64,000 nucleotides of DNA, taken from NCBI GenBank assembly GCA_021851265.1, contig JAJZIG010000001.1:84-64083 (forward strand). Reading direction: 5' to 3'. A model generated the notes under the pieces. The model was not told the DNA's origin and made no database searches. It was given only the letters and a program-made list of their open reading frames with translations. A program made the translations under genes and the position numbers. Shown here piece after piece: positions 44,613 through 54,506 of this stretch. The DNA comes from an archaeon (GTDB lineage Archaea; Thermoproteota; Nitrososphaeria; Nitrososphaerales; Gagatemarchaeaceae). The number at the start of each line of letters is the position of its first letter. Within the stretch, counting starts at the first letter, position 1.

Positions 44613-46717
44613 GACTTCCTCCGTCCAGGGCAGCTAGGGTTGACACAGAGCTTCCAGGGCCGCCTCCCCCATGAGATGTACACCACAGGCCAGGAGCACT
44701 TCACACACGGCTTCGCAACCGGCCTGATGGTCCCTCTTTGGGGAAGCGGGGCAGACGCACTGCACCCCGAAGAGTAGTTCGAACAGCCTGCGAACCTCTT
44801 CTTTGTGGTCCTTGAGCGCACGACCCTGAGGCGTCCGCTCTTACAGACCGGGCACTTCCCCAGCTCCCCCAACCTGGCCGCCTCAGCAACTAGTGTTCCA
44901 TCTATTTCCTTCCCCACCTCTTCCTCGTTTGCGAGGAGCTTTGCGAGCTGCTCTGATACTGTGCGTATCGTCTCCCTGACGATGCCTGACTCTCTTTCAG
45001 TCCCATCCTCGACACCCTCGAGCCTCTCCTCGACTTGCCGGGTGAGATCGGTGCTCACCACCGAGGGAGCATACTTCTCCATGGCCTCAACCACCGCAAA
45101 CCCGAGGTCCGTCACCTCCAGGTTCTCCCCTGAGGCGTAGCCCCTGGACAGCAGGGTCGAGATTATGTCCGCCCTGGTCGCCTTCGTTCCGATGCCTTCG
45201 TTCTCCATCTTCTCAAGTAGGCTGCCCTGGTTGTACCTCGGTGGCCTCTGTTCGAATTTCTCTGCGACGGTCACCTTGACGATCTCCACCCTGTCTCCTT
45301 CTGATACTGGGGGTGGTTCTATATCCCTGCGTCCTGCGTAGCTGCCGTAATACTCCATCCACCCAGGAAATGCTGTCCTGCTCCCCACGGTCCTGAACCG
45401 GTGCCCTTCAGCCTCCAATGAAACTTCGACCAGCTCCCTCACTGCCGGCGGCCCGAACCCAGCGAGGAATCTCCTGACGATGAGGTCGAACAGTGAGGCT
45501 GTCTGGGCGTCAAGATGCCTCAGGGGCCGCCCCCCGGTGGGGTGTATGGCGGGGTGTGCAGGGTCCGATTTTGTCCCCTGGACGGTTCTGGCGCCCGATT
45601 TCGTTATCTTTTCGGCGGCGCGGGAATACGCTGGCATCTTTCCGATGCCGCCGAGTATCCTCCTGAGGTCCAGAGAGATAGGCAACATCTGACTGTTGGT
45701 TCGCGGGTAGGAAATCAAGGCAGCCAGGTACAGGCTCTCGGCTATCCGGAGGGTCCTGCTCGGAGGGACTCTGAGAACCCTATATGCCTCCCGTTGGAGG
45801 TCTCCGAGACTGAAGGGCGTCGGCGGGCTCACCCGGGCCGTGCTCCTCCGTACCATTGTGACCAGCGCCGTGCCGCCACGACACGCCATGCGGATCTCCT
45901 CAGCCTTCGCCTTCGTCTTGACCTTCTCTTCGGCGTACCCAGCCGAGAACTCTTTGCCGTCTTTCTGAAAGGACCCTGTCACCTTCCAGCAGGGGGTGGG
46001 GACAAACTCGCGTATCTCCCGCTCCCTCTTCGCCAGGAATCCTAGGGTGGGCCCCTGGACCCTGCCGACGCTCACCGTCCTGTATCTGCGTCCCGAGCCG
46101 AGGGGGGACTGCGAAAGCGCCCTGGACAGATTGACCCCCCACAGAAAGTCAATCACATGCCTAGCCCGTCCGGCTCTCGCAAGCCCATCGGTTGTCGGGG
46201 ACTCCAACTCGCTGAAGGACTTCCTCAGATCCTCTTCTGTCAGTGTCGAGAACCTCGCCCTGAGCGCCGCCTTCTCATTTCCTCCACAAGCGTATCTCAA
46301 CAGGTTGAATCCAATGGTCTCCCCTTCTACGTCGAGGTCGCAGGCGTTGACGAATCTAGCTGCCCCCGCTGCGAGCTCCCTTATTGCCGCGATGCGTCTC
46401 TTTGCTGTCGCGCCTTCTTTGTCCACCTCGTTCAATGGGTACCACTCCACATCGAAGACAGGATAGACGGTCCTTTCCCCTGACGGGTCGGACACGCCGT
46501 AGAGGTGCCCCTGGGCGGAGCAGACAACGAACTCCTCTTCTCCCTTCACGAACCTGAACACGGACGTCCCCTCCACCTGCGAGACGGCGCTCTTCCCATT
46601 CGAAAGTGCGTCGGCTACCCTCCTCGCCGCATCGGGTTTCTCGCAGATGACTAACGTGTAGCCGTCTACTACCATGGTATTTCCAGAAGCGCGGATCTGA
46701 GAACCCCTGACCATCAA
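44609..46717 (-). CDS. topA: Type IA DNA topoisomerase with C-terminal zinc ribbons
   Basis: TOPRIM LVICEKPDAARRVA, catalytic-Tyr motif LISYPRTNSQ, C-terminal CPVCKSG...CSNYSSGC...CVKC. Confidence 0.9.
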   Translation of the reverse strand: MMVRGSQIRASGNTMVVDGYTLVICEKPDAARRVADALSNGKSAVSQVEGTSVFRFVKGEEEFVVCSAQGHLYGVSDPSGERTVYPVFDVEWYPLNEVDKEGATAKRRIAAIRELAAGAARFVNACDLDVEGETIGFNLLRYACGGNEKAALRARFSTLTEEDLRKSFSELESPTTDGLARAGRARHVIDFLWGVNLSRALSQSPLGSGRRYRTVSVGRVQGPTLGFLAKREREIREFVPTPCWKVTGSFQKDGKEFSAGYAEEKVKTKAKAEEIRMACRGGTALVTMVRRSTARVSPPTPFSLGDLQREAYRVLRVPPSRTLRIAESLYLAALISYPRTNSQMLPISLDLRRILGGIGKMPAYSRAAEKITKSGARTVQGTKSDPAHPAIHPTGGRPLRHLDAQTASLFDLIVRRFLAGFGPPAVRELVEVSLEAEGHRFRTVGSRTAFPGWMEYYGSYAGRRDIEPPPVSEGDRVEIVKVTVAEKFEQRPPRYNQGSLLEKMENEGIGTKATRADIISTLLSRGYASGENLEVTDLGFAVVEAMEKYAPSVVSTDLTRQVEERLEGVEDGTERESGIVRETIRTVSEQLAKLLANEEEVGKEIDGTLVAEAARLGELGKCPVCKSGRLRVVRSRTTKKRFAGCSNYSSGCSASAPLPQRGTIRPVAKPCVKCSWPVVYISWGRRPWKLCVNPSCPGRRKS

Positions 46718-46723
46718 CCTTAG

Positions 46724-46899
46724 TTAGTCGAAGGAGCCGTCAATCTTCCTGACTTCGACCTGGAACCTGCTCGGGGCGAGCTTGACGCCGCACTTCCTGC
46801 ACCGATAGTCCGCTGCCTTCAACACGTCGCCTGGCGAACGCAGGTCAAACCCGGAGTACAGCGGGGCGCCACAGGAACTGCAAACAATCTCATACGTCA
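46724..46899 (-). pseudogene. Small 4-Cys zinc-ribbon ORF split by an apparent 1-nt deficit (or two unrelated mini-ORFs)
   Basis: My translation: the TTG at 46899 gives TYEIVCSSCGAP, then a frame change near 46858-46866. The second frame gives YSGFDLRSPGDVLKAADYRCRKCGVKLAPSRFQVEVRKIDGSFD-stop. The span is 176 nt, not a multiple of 3. Confidence 0.3.
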
Positions 46900-46926
46900 A
46901 CGTCTAAGCCAGTTCGGCGCGGACAT

Positions 46927-47700
46927 TTAGGCGTATGCGCGGCCAGTAAATCCGAGGCTCCTGAGGTAGACATCTTCTTCCATCCTTACTGCGAACCTCC
47001 TCGGACCGTACTCAGATCCCTTCTGCAGGGCCTTCTTCAGCCCCCTGACCAGCACGATTGGCGTGGACTCGTCCGACTCGCCCATCAGCACCTCGGCGGC
47101 TGAACTCAGGTCGTCGGCCACCGCCTGAGCGGTGACCTTGAGCACGTTGCCGAAGAGGTCCCTCATCCCTCTCATATCCTGGACCGCTTCTATCCCAGAG
47201 GCCCCTATCGCCACACCCGTGGTCCCCTTTCGCGTGGGAGAGAGCCTGCTGTCGCAAATCACAACGCCCACGGAGACGCCTCTGGAAAACATCAGGGCCT
47301 CTCTGATCATCTGGGCGGCGACATCGGCTCGTCTGGGGTAGAGGATTACCGCCCCGTGCTTGACGTTCGACTTGTCTATGCCCGCGTTGGGGGTCAGGAG
47401 CCCCTCTCTGCTGGCTAGGAGGAACCCTGGGATTCCGCCTATCACACGATCGGACTCCCGGAGGACAAGCTCGCAGAGCCTCGGGTCCATATGGTGCTCC
47501 GCCGCCAGCGTCTTTGCCCTGGCCCCTGCCTTCACGCTCTGGAGTCTGACCACCCTCCCTTCTGACATGGCGACGAACTTGCTTGAGATGACGAGCACGT
47601 CGCCGTCTCTTAGCCCAGCGCCAACTTTGTGTTCGATGAGTGCGACGAGGTCGAACTTCGCGCCCTTTGCAGGGACCCGCACCGGGCGCAGGGTGAGCAA
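46927..47700 (-). CDS. cofE: Coenzyme F420:L-glutamate ligase
   Basis: DGDVLVISSKFVAMSEGRVV, LTPNAGIDKSNV, GVVICDS. I prefer the TTG at 47700, which has a TATA box about 28 nt upstream. The longer track ORF is antisense to gcvT. Confidence 0.8.
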   Translation of the reverse strand: MLTLRPVRVPAKGAKFDLVALIEHKVGAGLRDGDVLVISSKFVAMSEGRVVRLQSVKAGARAKTLAAEHHMDPRLCELVLRESDRVIGGIPGFLLASREGLLTPNAGIDKSNVKHGAVILYPRRADVAAQMIREALMFSRGVSVGVVICDSRLSPTRKGTTGVAIGASGIEAVQDMRGMRDLFGNVLKVTAQAVADDLSSAAEVLMGESDESTPIVLVRGLKKALQKGSEYGPRRFAVRMEEDVYLRSLGFTGRAYA

Positions 47701-47725
47701 CGATTTCCACCAGGACGTCGCCCAC

Positions 47726-47734
47726 TTAAATAAT
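47726..47734 (-). promoter_or_regulatory. TATA box for cofE (leaderless TTG at 47700) in the cofE/gcvT divergent spacer
   Basis: Plus strand ttaaataat / minus strand attatttaa. Confidence 0.4.
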
Positions 47735-47742
47735 GTCGGGAT

Positions 47743-48867
47743 ATGTTCAAAGCTGTGCCCAAGACCACCCAGCTCTTCGGCTACCATTCGACACACGCGA
47801 CGCTCACAGAGTTCGCCGGTTACGAGATGCCTCTCTGGTACACCACCACCGCCGCGGAGCACATGGCAGTCAGAAACACGTCGGGGATCTTCGACGTCTC
47901 CCACATGGGGAGGTTCAGCGTAGAGGGTCCGAAGGCCACAGGCTTCCTGGAGAGCTTGGTCCCGACCGCGGTGAAGGCTCAGCCACCAGGGAAGGCATTC
48001 TACACGCTCCTTCTGAATACGAAAGGCGGGATAATGGACGACCTGATCATCGAGAAGCTCGGGGAGGACGCGTATATGGTGGTGGTCAACGCCGCCAACG
48101 CCAAGGCAGACATGGACCACATGCTCGCCAACTCCCCCAAGGGCCTGGACGTCGTCGACGTGACGGACTCCACAGCCATGATCGCAGTGCAGGGCCCAGG
48201 CGCCATCGCCTCCCTTCAACGCCTGACTGACCTAGACCTGGGCCAGCTCAAGCGGTTCAGGTGCGCCGAGGCCAGGGTGGCGGGCGAGAATGCGCTGATT
48301 TCGAGGACCGGGTATACAGGCGAGGACGGGTTTGAAGTGACCGTCTACGATGCGACCAGCGAGCACCCTGATGGGGTGATGAAGCTCTGGGAGAAGCTCG
48401 CGGAGACCTCGACGCCCTGCGGCCTAGGCGCCAGAGACTCTCTGAGGCTCGAAGCAGGCTTCCCACTCCACGGCGCCGACATAAATCAAGCCACGAATCC
48501 ATTCGAGGCGGACCTCGCATGGGTAATCACTGCAGGAAAGCGAGGTTTCATAGGCTCGGAGGTCATAGAAGCGTCCGCGGCCCAACTTCCCTCCAGGGTC
48601 AGGCGAGGGCTGGTGCTGGACTCGGGCATCCCCAGGCATGGCTTCGAAGTGACAGGTGACGCCGGCGCGGTGGGCGTGGTAACAAGCGGCACCTTCTCTC
48701 CCATCCTTCGGAGAGGGATCGCGCTCTGCTATCTTGCGTACGCGGGTTCCGAACCCGGCTCAACGATCGGCGTGACGATCAGGGGGGTCAACCAGTCGGG
48801 AACGGTCACGAAACCCCCATTCTATGAAGAACGGCTGTACGGATGGAAGAGACAGAAGGGTAATTAG
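47743..48867 (+). CDS. gcvT: Glycine cleavage system aminomethyltransferase (T protein)
   Basis: TLTEFAGYEMPLWY, GIFDVSHMG, TGYTGEDGFE. Confidence 0.9.
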   Translation: MFKAVPKTTQLFGYHSTHATLTEFAGYEMPLWYTTTAAEHMAVRNTSGIFDVSHMGRFSVEGPKATGFLESLVPTAVKAQPPGKAFYTLLLNTKGGIMDDLIIEKLGEDAYMVVVNAANAKADMDHMLANSPKGLDVVDVTDSTAMIAVQGPGAIASLQRLTDLDLGQLKRFRCAEARVAGENALISRTGYTGEDGFEVTVYDATSEHPDGVMKLWEKLAETSTPCGLGARDSLRLEAGFPLHGADINQATNPFEADLAWVITAGKRGFIGSEVIEASAAQLPSRVRRGLVLDSGIPRHGFEVTGDAGAVGVVTSGTFSPILRRGIALCYLAYAGSEPGSTIGVTIRGVNQSGTVTKPPFYEERLYGWKRQKGN

Positions 48868-48890
48868 CTACATAGTGCGGCGCGGTCCCG

Positions 48891-49301
48891 ATGGAGATTC
48901 GGGGCTATCAGGTTCCAGACGACTTGATGTACACGAAGGAGCACGAGTGGGCCAGGGAGGAGGGAGAGGTGATAAGAGTCGGGATTACTGACTACGCGGC
49001 AAAGACCCTCAACGATGTTGTCTACGTCAGCGCGCCAAAGGTGAACGTCACCATCGAGCAGTCGAAGCCAATGGGGGCCGTGGAATCCATCAAGGCCGTG
49101 TCCGAGGTCTACGCCCCCTTCTCAGGCAAAGTGTTGGAAACCAACCACGACCTCGATTCCCACCCTGAGCTGATTAACAAGTCCCCTTACATGGAAGGGT
49201 GGTTGATAATGGTCGCGCCGTCGAACCTGCCTGCCGAGCGAAAGTCTCTCCTTGATGCGAAGGCCTATGCTGCCTTCCTGGAAACCCTACTCCAGAAGTA
49301 G
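48891..49301 (+). CDS. gcvH: Glycine cleavage system H protein (lipoyl carrier)
   Basis: VESIKAVSEVYAPFSGKV with the lipoyl-Lys; NKSPYMEGWL. Confidence 0.9.
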   Translation: MEIRGYQVPDDLMYTKEHEWAREEGEVIRVGITDYAAKTLNDVVYVSAPKVNVTIEQSKPMGAVESIKAVSEVYAPFSGKVLETNHDLDSHPELINKSPYMEGWLIMVAPSNLPAERKSLLDAKAYAAFLETLLQK

Positions 49302-49348
49302 CCAAAAGAGCACGGTTAAAATAGCCCGGAGAAAGTTGGGATTAAGAC

Positions 49349-51802
49349 TTGGGCGCATTCGACACCCTACGGTCTTCCATCAAGCGGCCAACCCTTTCGC
49401 GCCGGTCCGTCATGCTGACGATGGCGCTCGCGATAGTCTTCTCCATCGCCGTCTTGATGAGGTCCTACGCAGCGAAGTATGGTTTCTACCTCAACGAGTT
49501 CGACCCCTACTATGACTACTACGCGGCCCAACACATCGTGAACCTTGCCCACGAAGAGGGATTATACGCGGCTTTCTTCGCTAACCCGGCCGGGTGCGGC
49601 CCGACGGTCCTCACAAGTTGCCACAACCTGCAGGGCTACTTTTTCTGGCACGACATCCAGACATGGTTCCCCGTCGGGCGGAACGTGGCCGCGACTTCCC
49701 AGGACGGGCTCCAGATTGCCGGCGCGATGATTTACCTGCTGGTTCATGACATCTTCGGCGTCCCAATAACCCTCTATGACCTCCTGATCGTCCTGCCTGT
49801 ACTCTTCGGGGCTCTGACTTCGGTCCTATTCTATTTCGTGGTGAAGAAGATAGCCGGTGACGCGGCGGGTCTGTTCGCCGCACTCGTCTTCGCCGTTTCG
49901 CCCCCGCTCATCGAAAGAGGGAACCTAGGATGGTTCAAGTCAGAGCCACTCACCATACTCCTTTTCGTGGCGGCGAGCTACATGCTGCTCACAGCATTCG
50001 ACAAAGGGAGGCCCGCGAGAGGACGAGTCCTCCGCGCCCTCGCGGGTGGGATCATGATGGGGTACGGCAACACCGCATGGGGAGGTGGGAACTACTTCAC
50101 CGCGGCGTTCGGCGTCGTCTTCCTCATCCTCCCATTCTTGAACATGGATCTCACCGGTTACTCGCCTGCGATTGTCACTTTCGCGTCAGCCACCCTGTTC
50201 ATGAGCGCCGTCTTTCCCTTCCCCGGCGTCCATCTGATCACCGACCCTATAGGCCTCGCGATGATCGGAGGGACCGTGTTCTTCCTGATCTCACAATGGG
50301 TCAAGACTTGGGCGAAGCCCACGGAATTCAGGCCTACCCTCTTCAAACTACTTTTCGGTTTCGGGCTCGGCGGGCTCGCCCTGTTGAGCTTCGGCCTGGT
50401 GGGAGGGCTGTCTCTACGATATCTCACCGTCTTGTATCCAGGGATAGTCGCGACAGGCACAACCGCTTCTGACGAACTCGTGAAGTCCGTCGCAGAACAA
50501 GTAGTGCCCACTGGAGCCGACTACTTCACTTCCTACGCGATTCTCATGTCCTTTGGGATAGTGGGGGCTCTGGTGGCCTTCAAACGCAAAGGTATTCCAA
50601 TGATCTACGCCCTTGTATTCGGCTTGACGGGCCTCTACTTCTCGGCCTCCTTCTCTCGCTTGCTAGTCTACTCTTCTCTCGCGCTGGGGATATTGGGGGG
50701 AATCGGTTTCGCCGAACTCGCTTTCGCTCTGGTCAAACCAAGTACGACTGCCCTGGTCAAGAAGAAACAGGTGCCAACCTCACGCAACGAGATGAAGGTG
50801 GTCTTCTCAATAGCGGTCATAGCGCTGCTCGTTCTTCCGGCCGGGACCTATTGGATCCCTAACCCTGTCCAGTGCACCTCTAGCGGGCAGCTCTTCTGCG
50901 ACAACAGTCCGGCCGACTCAGGGGTGAGCATCACCAACGGGGCGACCATCTACTCTCGAGTCGGGTTCCCTGACTGGATAGACACCCTCCAGTGGATGAG
51001 ACAAAACACGCCGACCAACTCCGTCATCATCGCCTGGTGGGACTACGGCTACTGGATTACTGTCATGGGCAACAGGACCACTTTGATAGATAACGCCACG
51101 ATTAACAGCTCCAGGATTGCGCAGGTGGGACGACTGTTAATGTCAAACGCCACGCAGGCAGCGGCCATGGCTCAGAGTATGACCGACGGTCGGCCGACCT
51201 ACGTAGCCATTTTCGTTACGGGCAGCATAATGCCTGTCTCATCGTCCACAACTGGCACCTCCTACTACTACATACTGCAGGTACCGAGCGGAGGCGGGTT
51301 CACGCCGGGCGGCGGAGACGAGAGTAAGAAACAATGGTTCATACGCATTGGCGGGCTGAACGAGTCCAACTACCTAGAGTGTCCCACTGCAGGCGCCGCA
51401 CCTTGCACTGGCGTCGACGACTTCAACTTGACCCCCTACGGCGCCGAAAACTCACTCTTCGGCCAATTCCTCCCGTTCAGGTACACGGGGTGGCTCGTCC
51501 CATCGTCGTCGAACACTGGCACCGTCTGCGCTAGCTTGTTCTATTGCTCGTTCTCTACGACGTACCAGCAGGCGAGCAATGGCGCTCCTCCCTACCAGGC
51601 ATTCGCATATCCCGGTACTCTCACCTATCCTTCTAACAGCACTGGTCCGTTCAGGCTCGCGTACATATCACCCAGCTTTTCACTTGCCCAACAGGGCATC
51701 TCGGGGACCTCTGCAGGCAACCCATGCCCAGGTGACACGTCTCTCCAGTGCTTCAATACGATTCTGGTATATCAGCTGGTTCCAGGCAACTACACTGCCT
51801 GA
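49349..51802 (+). CDS. aglB: Archaeal oligosaccharyltransferase (STT3 family)
   Basis: WWDYGYWIT (WWDYG motif), multi-TM N-terminal half, 817 aa. Confidence 0.85.
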   Translation: MGAFDTLRSSIKRPTLSRRSVMLTMALAIVFSIAVLMRSYAAKYGFYLNEFDPYYDYYAAQHIVNLAHEEGLYAAFFANPAGCGPTVLTSCHNLQGYFFWHDIQTWFPVGRNVAATSQDGLQIAGAMIYLLVHDIFGVPITLYDLLIVLPVLFGALTSVLFYFVVKKIAGDAAGLFAALVFAVSPPLIERGNLGWFKSEPLTILLFVAASYMLLTAFDKGRPARGRVLRALAGGIMMGYGNTAWGGGNYFTAAFGVVFLILPFLNMDLTGYSPAIVTFASATLFMSAVFPFPGVHLITDPIGLAMIGGTVFFLISQWVKTWAKPTEFRPTLFKLLFGFGLGGLALLSFGLVGGLSLRYLTVLYPGIVATGTTASDELVKSVAEQVVPTGADYFTSYAILMSFGIVGALVAFKRKGIPMIYALVFGLTGLYFSASFSRLLVYSSLALGILGGIGFAELAFALVKPSTTALVKKKQVPTSRNEMKVVFSIAVIALLVLPAGTYWIPNPVQCTSSGQLFCDNSPADSGVSITNGATIYSRVGFPDWIDTLQWMRQNTPTNSVIIAWWDYGYWITVMGNRTTLIDNATINSSRIAQVGRLLMSNATQAAAMAQSMTDGRPTYVAIFVTGSIMPVSSSTTGTSYYYILQVPSGGGFTPGGGDESKKQWFIRIGGLNESNYLECPTAGAAPCTGVDDFNLTPYGAENSLFGQFLPFRYTGWLVPSSSNTGTVCASLFYCSFSTTYQQASNGAPPYQAFAYPGTLTYPSNSTGPFRLAYISPSFSLAQQGISGTSAGNPCPGDTSLQCFNTILVYQLVPGNYTA

Positions 51803-51887
51803 GTCCTCTCTCGTCCCACTTCAGCTATGCTCGGCAGGATAGATCGTAGTACGGCGGGTTCGTGTTCAGGGGGCGGATTTTGGGTTT

Positions 51888-52082
51888 TCAGGTGCTCGCG
51901 GCCGCCGTCGGGCTTTGAGGCTGTCCATCTTCGTAAGCCAGGGGACTTCGATACCTCGCGTACCTGTCGTCGGGCGAATAGCGGGCGGGATGGACCGTGA
52001 TGGTCTTCGTCCCGCAACTGGGGCAACTCTCAGCCAGCGTGTATCTGCCGCACTGAGTGCACTTCAGCATCAGACCCTTCAA
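51888..52082 (-). CDS. nop10: H/ACA ribonucleoprotein complex subunit Nop10
   Basis: LKCTQCGRYTLAESCPSCG...HPARYSPDDRYARYR. Confidence 0.85.
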   Translation of the reverse strand: MKGLMLKCTQCGRYTLAESCPSCGTKTITVHPARYSPDDRYARYRSPLAYEDGQPQSPTAAAST

Positions 52083-52879
52083 GACGACCCGCCATGCTTC
52101 CTCGATATCTCGCGTTTGAAGCCGAACGCGTCGTGTTTCCCCACGCCGCCCTTAATCTTCTCAAGGACTGCGTCCATCGCCTTCTCGGCCTGTTTGTAGT
52201 CGTCGGCCGTTATCCTCACCCTGTAGTGCGGAGCCCCCGCGTAGGTGATGCGGACCTCAGCAGAGGATGTGGATGCGGCCGCTAGGAGTGTCTTCTTCAC
52301 CTGTTCTATACCTTCGGGGGACCTCGAGGACACCTCTACCAATGCTCCCACCTCGTACCTCGGAGGTATGATTTTCTCCGATGCAATTTCAGCTATGGCC
52401 TCTGCTTCCTTATCTGTGAGCCCTGCCCCTGAGAGCCCCTCAGCTCCCTTCCTCGCGGCCGCCTCCAGGGAGGCGTACAAGGTGCCGAACTCCCCCTCGA
52501 GCTTCTGCCTCAGTTCCCTTACATGAACGTCGTCAATGCCCACCTTCTTGCTCACGGCGTCGATGATGGTCAGTGCCCTCTCTTCCCGCTTCCATTCGAT
52601 TACCTTCTGGCGCCTCTCCTCGTTGGTCACCTGCCTGAGTGAAAGGTCGATCTCTCTGCGCGCCCTGTTCACCCTGATGACCTTCAGGATAAGCTTCTGG
52701 GAGACCTTGGCCACTCTATCGATATTCCTAACCCAACCGGTGGAAATCTCAGAGACGTGCAAGAATCCGTTGGTTCCGTCATACTGGTCCAGGTTGACAT
52801 AGATACCATGTGACGTAATCTCTCTGACTGTGCAGACCACAATCTCACCCGGGTCAGGAAGTGACCTGTCTTCGCTCAT
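52079..52879 (-). CDS. eif2a: Translation initiation factor aIF2 alpha subunit
   Basis: S1 domain PDPGEIVVCTVREITSHGIYVNL...GFLHVSEISTGWVRNI. Confidence 0.9.
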   Translation of the reverse strand: MSEDRSLPDPGEIVVCTVREITSHGIYVNLDQYDGTNGFLHVSEISTGWVRNIDRVAKVSQKLILKVIRVNRARREIDLSLRQVTNEERRQKVIEWKREERALTIIDAVSKKVGIDDVHVRELRQKLEGEFGTLYASLEAAARKGAEGLSGAGLTDKEAEAIAEIASEKIIPPRYEVGALVEVSSRSPEGIEQVKKTLLAAASTSSAEVRITYAGAPHYRVRITADDYKQAEKAMDAVLEKIKGGVGKHDAFGFKREISRKHGGSS

Positions 52880-52913
52880 GTCCCCGTCTAGCTCCTGAGT
52901 GGTATTTCTCGGT

Positions 52914-53111
52914 TTAGCCTAGCCGCTTGACCAAGGTAGCCAGGACCACCGATTTACCGCCCTTGCTCTCGGCGAGCTTTCTCCCGCACCCTCTACATCC
53001 GATGTCCTTCGCCGAGTTTGTGAAGAGTATCCGCTCCTCACCGCAGTCAGGGCACTTCACGAGCAGAAACGAACTCCTGGTCTTAGGTATCGGCTCCCGG
53101 TCGCGCTTCAT
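52914..53111 (-). CDS. rps27e: 30S ribosomal protein S27e
   Basis: FLLVKCPDCGEERILF....CRGCG. Confidence 0.9.
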   Translation of the reverse strand: MKRDREPIPKTRSSFLLVKCPDCGEERILFTNSAKDIGCRGCGRKLAESKGGKSVVLATLVKRLG

Positions 53112-53386
53112 GCTGCTATCTCTGCCTTCCTCAGCCTGATTCCATCGCGCATGCTTTCACGGTTGCATTCCTTGCACTTTAGTCGGAGGGTCGCCTTCTT
53201 GGTGGTCTTTGCCGTTCGAATCAATTCCGGGAACTTCTGGCCGCCATAGCCGCGCTTCCTTCCTGCCTGCCTTCTGGCCCCCCAAGACCCTGCACGTTCC
53301 TTCCCTCTCTTGTAGAGACCAACAGAGTGACTGGTGTGATGCTTGCACCAACGGCAGTAGGTGCTCATTTCCTTGGGGAATTTCAT
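53108..53386 (-). CDS. rpl44e: 50S ribosomal protein L44e
   Basis: YCRWCKHHTSH...GYGGQKFP...LRLKCKECN. Confidence 0.9.
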   Translation of the reverse strand: MKFPKEMSTYCRWCKHHTSHSVGLYKRGKERAGSWGARRQAGRKRGYGGQKFPELIRTAKTTKKATLRLKCKECNRESMRDGIRLRKAEIAA

Positions 53387-53590
53387 CTTCTCACCGGGTC
53401 GGATTGGCCCCGGTCCTGCTCATGCATTTAAGTTTGGCCCGTTCTTCATTCTCTGGTCGTCTACCTCCGCTTACGCCATGATGGCTGCCGGTGACCTTCA
53501 GTTTCAGGAGGCGCATGCCCGCTTCGACGTGCTTCTGCCAACGCTTATTATCCAATCCCGGTTGACCCGGACCAAGGAACCTAGCACACC

Positions 53591-54346
53591 TTGTTTCTAG
53601 CAAGGACGTCAAGTTCGGTTGAATGGCGAGCCGTGGCTGCTGCAGTCAAGACACTCGTCGAGGAGGCGACCTTTGATGCCAATTCAGAGGGAATCACCTT
53701 CCGGGCCATGGATCCCTCACATGTCGCGCTTGTCGATCTTACATGGCCGGTCTCGGCATGGGCTGCCTATGAGTGTGACAAGCCGTTCCGGTTCTCCATT
53801 CGTGTCGAAGACCTAGTCCGGACCATAGGGCGAGCTGAGAGCAAGGACAGCGTAGAGATCTCGTCGGCCGAGGACGACAGCATCATGATAAGATTCACCA
53901 ACGGTTACAAGCGCGAGTTCAACATACACCTGATAGAGAGTACTGCTGCTTCTGCCCCGCTCCCTAAGCTCGAGTTCGACACAAAGATGACGCTTACCAA
54001 GAGTATATTGGAGAAGGTTCTCGGCGACGTGTCGGTCGTCTCCGACCAGATCACGTTCACCGCGACGAAGGACAAGCTGACGTTTTCAGGCAAAAGCGAC
54101 GTCGGAAAGGCCGAAATCTCACTCGCGAAAAATGACGCGGACGTCCTCGAACTACAGTCCAACGCCGAGAGCAAGGCGACGTACTCTACAGATTACATCT
54201 CTGGGATTCTGAAAGCCCTCGGCGGGGTCGTAGACACTGTCGAGTTGGAGTACTCTACCAAGAAGCCGGTCCGCCTCATGCTGAAGCTGAACGACCAAGG
54301 TGCCAAGATGGCCTACTTCCTCGCCCCCAGAGTCTCGTCCGACTGA
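53591..54346 (+). CDS. pcn: DNA polymerase sliding clamp (PCNA)
   Basis: MFLARTSSSVEWRAVAAAVKTLVEEATFDANSEGITFRAMDPSHVALVDL. 251 aa. TTG start. Confidence 0.85.
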   Translation: MFLARTSSSVEWRAVAAAVKTLVEEATFDANSEGITFRAMDPSHVALVDLTWPVSAWAAYECDKPFRFSIRVEDLVRTIGRAESKDSVEISSAEDDSIMIRFTNGYKREFNIHLIESTAASAPLPKLEFDTKMTLTKSILEKVLGDVSVVSDQITFTATKDKLTFSGKSDVGKAEISLAKNDADVLELQSNAESKATYSTDYISGILKALGGVVDTVELEYSTKKPVRLMLKLNDQGAKMAYFLAPRVSSD

Positions 54347-54506
54347 GGCCTCACCGGCGAGGCTGTCTACTGGGACGCAGGTCACAGACCTGCGGGTTCT
54401 CATCAATGGGCGTCTTGCAGAACCAGCATGGTCGCCTGGCCTGTTCAGATCGCTTGCAGGTTCACACAAACGGTTTTACCTTTCACAATCGCACCCTCAT
54501 AGGTCG

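Noticed and set aside
47701-48219. N-terminal extension of the cofE track ORF (430 aa)
   Set aside because: The extension is antisense to gcvT and R/G/H-rich. CofE homology begins near LTLRPVRVPAKG, and a TATA box fits a TTG start at 47700.
53470-53545. Possible C/D-box sRNA (atgatgg) in the L44e/PCNA spacer
   Set aside because: The C box is imperfect and no D box is present. The spacer more likely holds only the two divergent promoters.
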